Of a stretch of DNA of 64,000 nucleotides, positions 59,337-64,000 are shown piece by piece (positions within the stretch are counted from its first letter, which is position 1; each line of letters begins with the position of its first letter). The position numbers were made by a program, and so were the translations under genes. Below the pieces are notes generated by a model. The model worked only from the letters and a program-made list of their open reading frames with translations, was not told the origin of the DNA and ran no database searches. Source of the stretch: Planctomycetota bacterium (lineage in GTDB: Bacteria > Planctomycetota > Brocadiia > JAADGH01); the NCBI GenBank assembly GCA_040755855.1, contig JBFMAD010000002.1:243705-307704 (forward strand), written 5' to 3'.

Positions 59337-60215
59337 GTGCTTCCAAGAGAGATTCTCAGAAAAATCCGGCGCATCCAGATTCGGACGAATCGGGTGGTCA
59401 ATACCGTCCTGTCCGGGGAGTATGTCAGCGTCTTCCGCGGGCGGGGGATGGAGTTCGATACCGTCCGCGAGTACGTCCCCGGCGACGAGGTGCGGTCCAT
59501 TGACTGGAACGTCACCGCCCGCATGGGACTGCCTTTTGTCAAGCAGTTCGTCGAGGAGCGCGAGCTGACGATCATGCTCGTCGTTGACGTGAGCGCGTCG
59601 GGCGACTTCGGCTCGCGCCGGCAGTTCAAGAACGAAATCGCCGCGGAGCTATGCGCCGTCCTGGCCTTCTCGGCCATCAAGAACAACGACCGCGTCGGCC
59701 TGATCCTCTTCACCGACCGGGTCGAAAAATTCGTGAAACCGAAAAAAGGCAGGAAGCACGTCCTGCGCGTCATCCGCGAGCTGCTCTACTACGAACCCGA
59801 AGGCGCTGGAACGGATATCGCCGCGGCCCTTGACTTCATGAACAAGGTGACGACGCGCCGCGCCGTGACATTCCTCGTCTCCGACTTTCTCGCTGCAGGT
59901 TATGAGAAGCCGCTCAAGATCGCAAGCAAGCGCCACGATGTCATCGCCGTCACGGTCCGCGACCCCCGCGAGCTCACCATGCCAGACGTGGGCATGATCT
60001 CCCTCCGCGATGCGGAGACGGGGGAGACGCTTCTGGTGGACGCCGCCGACCGCAACCTGCGAGCGAGCTACAGCCAGATCGGCGCGGAGTCCACCCGCGC
60101 CCTGACCGCGCGCTTCCGCGCCATGGGCGTGGACCAGATCGGCGTCCGAACAGACGAGTCCTATGTCGAACCGCTGCTCCGGTTCTTCCGAATGCGGGAG
60201 AAGAGGTTCCGATGA
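59337..60215 (+). CDS. DUF58 domain protein
   Basis: G.GMEF..VREY.PGD.VR.IDWNVTAR, EERE, DVSAS and SDF motifs. Confidence 0.93.
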   Translation: MLPREILRKIRRIQIRTNRVVNTVLSGEYVSVFRGRGMEFDTVREYVPGDEVRSIDWNVTARMGLPFVKQFVEERELTIMLVVDVSASGDFGSRRQFKNEIAAELCAVLAFSAIKNNDRVGLILFTDRVEKFVKPKKGRKHVLRVIRELLYYEPEGAGTDIAAALDFMNKVTTRRAVTFLVSDFLAAGYEKPLKIASKRHDVIAVTVRDPRELTMPDVGMISLRDAETGETLLVDAADRNLRASYSQIGAESTRALTARFRAMGVDQIGVRTDESYVEPLLRFFRMREKRFR

Positions 60216-61333
60216 GGATGTGTGAAAAAATTGCCTGCGCCCCCTTTGCTCGCGTGCCACGGCTTGCTTGCAAGTCCCGCGCCGCGCGGGATACGGCCTC
60301 GCACGGGTTGCAAGCAACCCGTGGCACCCACTGCATTCCGATTTTTTCACACCTTCTGAGAGCGCTCGCTCTCATCGTGATCCCATCAATCGCTCTGGCG
60401 CCCCTGGGGCGGGCCGACGACGACAAGAGCAAGGACCCGATCCGCGTCAGGGCCGAGGCCGCCGCCGACAAGACGGCCATCAAGATCGGCGAGCGATTTA
60501 TCTACACGATCACCATCACCGCGGACGAGGGAATCACCACTGTCCTTCCCGAAATCCCGAAGGACCTCGGCCCGTTCGCCGTCCTCGATGTCAAGCGCGA
60601 GACACCGGTCATTGATGCAAACGGCAAGACCACGGCAAAGGTTGTGTGCATCCTGACCACCTACGAACTCGGCAAGCCGGTCATCCCGGCGACAGATGTG
60701 AAATATGATCTCAAAGACGGCTCCCGCGGCGTCACGACAACCGAGGCCGTCGTCGTTGACGTGGTGAGCGCCCTCCCGCCCGGCGAGAAGATGAAGGACA
60801 TCCGCGACATCCGCGGCATCTACGACTTCTCCCCCTCGCCCAGGGAGCAGCCGCGCGAGGCGAGCGCGCTTCTCATCATTCTTCTTGCCCTCGTTATTCT
60901 CCTGATTGCCGCGTTGACCCTCGGCGCTTATCTTAGCTGGAGGCGCACAGATCAAGCGCGTCTCCTTCTCCCCCATGAGTTCGCCCTGGCCGAGATCGAA
61001 AGGCTGCGGAATTCCGACCTCATCGCCAAGGGGAAGATCAAGGAGTTCCACTATCGTCTTTCCCTCATCGCCCGCCGCTATGTCGAGTCGCGCTTCGGTT
61101 TGCGCGCCCCGGATCGGACCACCGAGGAGTTTCTGCAGGAGCTGGCAAAGACGAACCTGCTGCGCGCATCGGAAAAGGCGTTGCTCGAAGACCTGCTCCG
61201 CCAGTGCGACCTGGCAAAGTTTGCAAAGCATCGTCCCGATCCGTTGCGATCCTCGACGGCGCTCGACGGCGCTGTGGAGTTTGTGCATCTCACCAAGCCG
61301 CAGCCCGCCGTGCAGGGAGGAAAGGCCGCATGA
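60212..61333 (+). CDS. Bat-operon membrane protein (BatD-like N-domain/DUF4381-like) with in-frame repeat insertion
   Basis: ATGA coupling to DUF58; IRDIR, TM helix, RTTEEF and DLAKFA motifs. Confidence 0.8.
   Translation: MRMCEKIACAPFARVPRLACKSRAARDTASHGLQATRGTHCIPIFSHLLRALALIVIPSIALAPLGRADDDKSKDPIRVRAEAAADKTAIKIGERFIYTITITADEGITTVLPEIPKDLGPFAVLDVKRETPVIDANGKTTAKVVCILTTYELGKPVIPATDVKYDLKDGSRGVTTTEAVVVDVVSALPPGEKMKDIRDIRGIYDFSPSPREQPREASALLIILLALVILLIAALTLGAYLSWRRTDQARLLLPHEFALAEIERLRNSDLIAKGKIKEFHYRLSLIARRYVESRFGLRAPDRTTEEFLQELAKTNLLRASEKALLEDLLRQCDLAKFAKHRPDPLRSSTALDGAVEFVHLTKPQPAVQGGKAA
60217..60356. mobile_element. 140-bp MITE/REP element with TGAG target duplication
   Basis: GTGTGAAAAAAT (60220-31) and ATTTTTTCACAC (60341-52) are perfect IRs; inner IR pair 60254-73 / 60308-27; TGAG at 60213-16 and 60357-60. 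Confidence 0.75.
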
Positions 61334-62328
61334 TCCTCAACGACCCCTGGTTCCTCCTCTTCCTGCTCGCGGTTCCCCTGGTGCTCCTGACATACTTCCG
61401 GGCAAGCGGCAGCATCGGCATATCCACCACAGCGGCATTTCACCGCATCAGGCCCTCCATCATGCTCGCGGCCCGATACATCCTCCCCGTCCTGCGGGCG
61501 GTGTGCATCGTCCTCCTCGCCATCGCCCTGGCGCGCCCGCGCAGGGGCATGGAGGAAATCCGCGCCACCACCGAGGGCATTGACATCGTCCTCGCCATTG
61601 ACACCTCCGGCAGCATGCGCGCCATTGACAACATCGAGACGAAAAAGGTGGACCGCCTCCAGGCGGCCCGGGAGGCCGTCAAGGAATTCGTTGAGGCGCG
61701 CAAGGAACAGTACGACCGCATCGCCATGCTCGCCTTCGCCATGTATCCGGCGACGCAATGCCCGCTCACCCTGGACTACACGGTCCTCCAGGAGTTCGTC
61801 AAGAACCTCGACTTCGCCCCCCGCGAGGAGGGCGCGACGGCCCTCGGCCTCGCCATCGGCGAGTCAATCAACCTCCTCAAGAACAGCAAGGCCAAGAGCA
61901 AGATCATCATCCTGCTTACCGACGGTCGGAACACCTACGGCATGAAACCGATGGCTGTGGCGCCCGCGGCCGTCCCCTTCGGCATCAAAATCTACACCAT
62001 CGGCGTCGGCAGCGAGACGCCGCACATCATCCTGCCCGATCCATTCGGCAGGGAGGTCATCCAGCGCATCAACCGCTCCGACTTCCTCCTCGACGAACCA
62101 ACGCTGAAAGAGATCGCCAAGGCCACCGGCGGCCGGTACTTCCGCGCCACCGATCCCGGCTCGCTGAAGAAGATTTACGCCGACATTGACCGGATGGAAA
62201 AGACGTTGGTCGAGGTGCGCCACTACGTGGACTACCGCGACCTCTTCCACTGGTTCCTGCTCCCCGCCATGGGACTGCTGCTCCTGGAGGTCGCCCTGGC
62301 CGGGACGCGATTCAGGAGGATCCCATAG
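61330..62328 (+). CDS. batA: VWA domain protein BatA-like
   Basis: ALARP, DTSGSM (MIDAS), PLTLD, LLTDG and IA..TGG.YFRA motifs. Confidence 0.88.
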   Translation: MILNDPWFLLFLLAVPLVLLTYFRASGSIGISTTAAFHRIRPSIMLAARYILPVLRAVCIVLLAIALARPRRGMEEIRATTEGIDIVLAIDTSGSMRAIDNIETKKVDRLQAAREAVKEFVEARKEQYDRIAMLAFAMYPATQCPLTLDYTVLQEFVKNLDFAPREEGATALGLAIGESINLLKNSKAKSKIIILLTDGRNTYGMKPMAVAPAAVPFGIKIYTIGVGSETPHIILPDPFGREVIQRINRSDFLLDEPTLKEIAKATGGRYFRATDPGSLKKIYADIDRMEKTLVEVRHYVDYRDLFHWFLLPAMGLLLLEVALAGTRFRRIP

Positions 62329-62331
62329 GTC

Positions 62332-63420
62332 ATGCAATTCGACAACCCCTACAACCTCTGGCTCCTCCTTCTGCCGGTCGCGCTGGTTGGGTTCTATGTC
62401 TTCGTCTTTCGGCGCAAGCGCCAGGCCGCGGAGCGCTTCGCGTCGCATCCTCTCGTGCAATCCCTCATCTCGGGTGTGAGCCGGCGGAAGCAGCAGGCCA
62501 AGGCGGGCATGATCGTGGGCGCGGCGCTCCTCATGGTGCTGGCCCACTTCGAGCCGATGTGGGGCTTCCGCCATGAGAAGGTCCAGCGGCAGGGCGTGGA
62601 CATCGTCGTCGCCGTTGACACCTCGCGCAGCATGTTGGCGATGGACGTGAAGCCGTCGCGCATGGAGCGGGCGAAGCTCGAGGTGATTGACCTGCTCCGC
62701 GCCCTCGACGGCGACCGTGTCGCGCTTGTGGCCTTCGCGGGCGAGGCCTATATGAAATGCCCCCTCACCGAGGACTACGAGACGGTCGAGGTGCTCCTGA
62801 AAGGCATAGACGTTGGCGTCATCCCCCAGGGCAGCACGAACATCGGCCATGCGGTCCGGCGCTCCATGCAGGCGTTTCATGACAAGGAGCGGAAGCACAA
62901 GGTCCTCATCCTGATCACAGACGGCGAGGACCACGGCTACGATCCGACCGCGGCCGCCGTGGAAGCCGCGCGGCTCGGCGTCGCCATCTTCACCGTCGGC
63001 ATCGGCACGAAAGAGGGGACGCATATCCAGGTCGTGGAGAACGGAGAGCGTATGCTGCTCACCGATGAGAAGGGGGAGTACGTGAAGTCGCAGCTCAATG
63101 AGACGCTCCTCGGCAAGATTTGCGAGACAGCGAACGCCCGGGCGGAAAAGTCGGGCAAGGAGTCGGGGGCGGACCGCGACATCAAGGGATACTATATCCC
63201 TGCATATGACCCGCAGTGGAGTCTGGAGAAGGTTTACGAAACATCCATCAGCGCGATGGAGAAGCGGAAGTTCGGACCGCGATGGGTGAAGAAATACATC
63301 AACCGGTATCAATGGCCACTGCTGGCGGCGGTGGTGTTGCTGACGCTGGAGGCCGTGATGAGCGACGGCAGACGGGAGAATAGATCGAGGCGAAGGGAAC
63401 GATGGCAAAAGATAGGTTGA
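62332..63420 (+). CDS. batB: VWA domain protein BatB-like
   Basis: DTSRSM.A.D..PSR, FAG.A...PLT.D, ITDGEDH and YQWPL motifs. Confidence 0.88.
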   Translation: MQFDNPYNLWLLLLPVALVGFYVFVFRRKRQAAERFASHPLVQSLISGVSRRKQQAKAGMIVGAALLMVLAHFEPMWGFRHEKVQRQGVDIVVAVDTSRSMLAMDVKPSRMERAKLEVIDLLRALDGDRVALVAFAGEAYMKCPLTEDYETVEVLLKGIDVGVIPQGSTNIGHAVRRSMQAFHDKERKHKVLILITDGEDHGYDPTAAAVEAARLGVAIFTVGIGTKEGTHIQVVENGERMLLTDEKGEYVKSQLNETLLGKICETANARAEKSGKESGADRDIKGYYIPAYDPQWSLEKVYETSISAMEKRKFGPRWVKKYINRYQWPLLAAVVLLTLEAVMSDGRRENRSRRRERWQKIG

Positions 63421-64000
63421 TAATTCTGGTTCTCCTTTCGACGGCGATCTGCCTCGGCCAGGAGACCGCCGACGACAAGGCACATGAAGGGAATGCCCTT
63501 TACAAAAAGGGCGACTTTGCCGGCGCCCTCAAGCAGTACGAGGAGGCAAAGAAACTGCAGCCGAATCGCCTCGCCATTGACTTCAACATGGGCGATGCGT
63601 ATTATCGACAGAAGGAGTACGCAAAGGCCGCCGATGCCCACAAGATCGCCTCGGGTTCCGAGAACGTCCTCCTGTCTGCAGAGAGCCATTACAACATCGG
63701 AAACGGCCGGTATCGGGAGGGGGAAACGGGCAAGGCGGATAAGACGCCTCCGGGCGAGAAGGCGCCTGCCCAAGAAGAGAAAGCGGATGCGGACCGCATG
63801 GCGAAGTGGGAGCAGGCGTTGAACGCCTACAAGTCCTCCATCGAACTCCTGGCCAGGGAGGAAAATTCCCTGGACGGCAATGCCGGCCAGGCTTTGGGCA
63901 ACGCCCGCGCAAACTACGAATTTGTGAAACAAAAACTGGACCAGGAAAAACAGAACCAGCAGCAGGACCAGCAGCAAAACAAGTCCGGCGGCGGAGGCGG
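63402..64000 (+). CDS. TPR protein BatC-like; runs off right edge
   Basis: Not in ORF track. Manual translation MAKDRLIILVLLSTAICLGQETADDKAHEGNALYKKGDFAGALKQYEEA...FNMGDAYY...YNIGN...ARANYE, then a Q-rich linker. Confidence 0.85.
   Translation, partial: MAKDRLIILVLLSTAICLGQETADDKAHEGNALYKKGDFAGALKQYEEAKKLQPNRLAIDFNMGDAYYRQKEYAKAADAHKIASGSENVLLSAESHYNIGNGRYREGETGKADKTPPGEKAPAQEEKADADRMAKWEQALNAYKSSIELLAREENSLDGNAGQALGNARANYEFVKQKLDQEKQNQQQDQQQNKSGGGG

Overview
GC-rich bacterial window whose gene content resembles Planctomycetota/PVC (inference). It holds about 40 CDSs; no rRNA, tRNA, CRISPR array or transposase was seen. 1-22 kb: secreted or periplasmic carbohydrate-active-like and orphan enzymes (PL1 pectate lyase, GHL15-like, heparinase II/III-like, UroD-like, Tat fucose-isomerase-like, GH20-like multidomain, PHP hydrolase, TIM-GNAT fusion). 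22-29.6 kb: a nitrogen module (gdhA, KaiC-like/PEP-utilising protein, nrpR) divergent from an FMN glutamate-synthase-like gene. Its promoter carries tandem GGCA-N6-TGCC boxes, a variant of the archaeal NrpR operator. Two AT-richer islands are candidate defence systems: a three-gene wHTH/wHTH/GHKL-ATPase operon (37.8-41.4 kb) and a DUF3696-type ABC ATPase plus PIN nuclease pair (45.6-47.4 kb). Between them is an aminotransferase/M20/Zn-dehydrogenase cluster. 50.5-64 kb: a GldA/F/G-like ABC system, DUF4340 repeat protein, HtrA and a MoxR-DUF58-Bat operon. Several REP/MITE-like elements occur, one inserted in frame just after a start codon. All family calls come from motif recognition by eye, not database searches.
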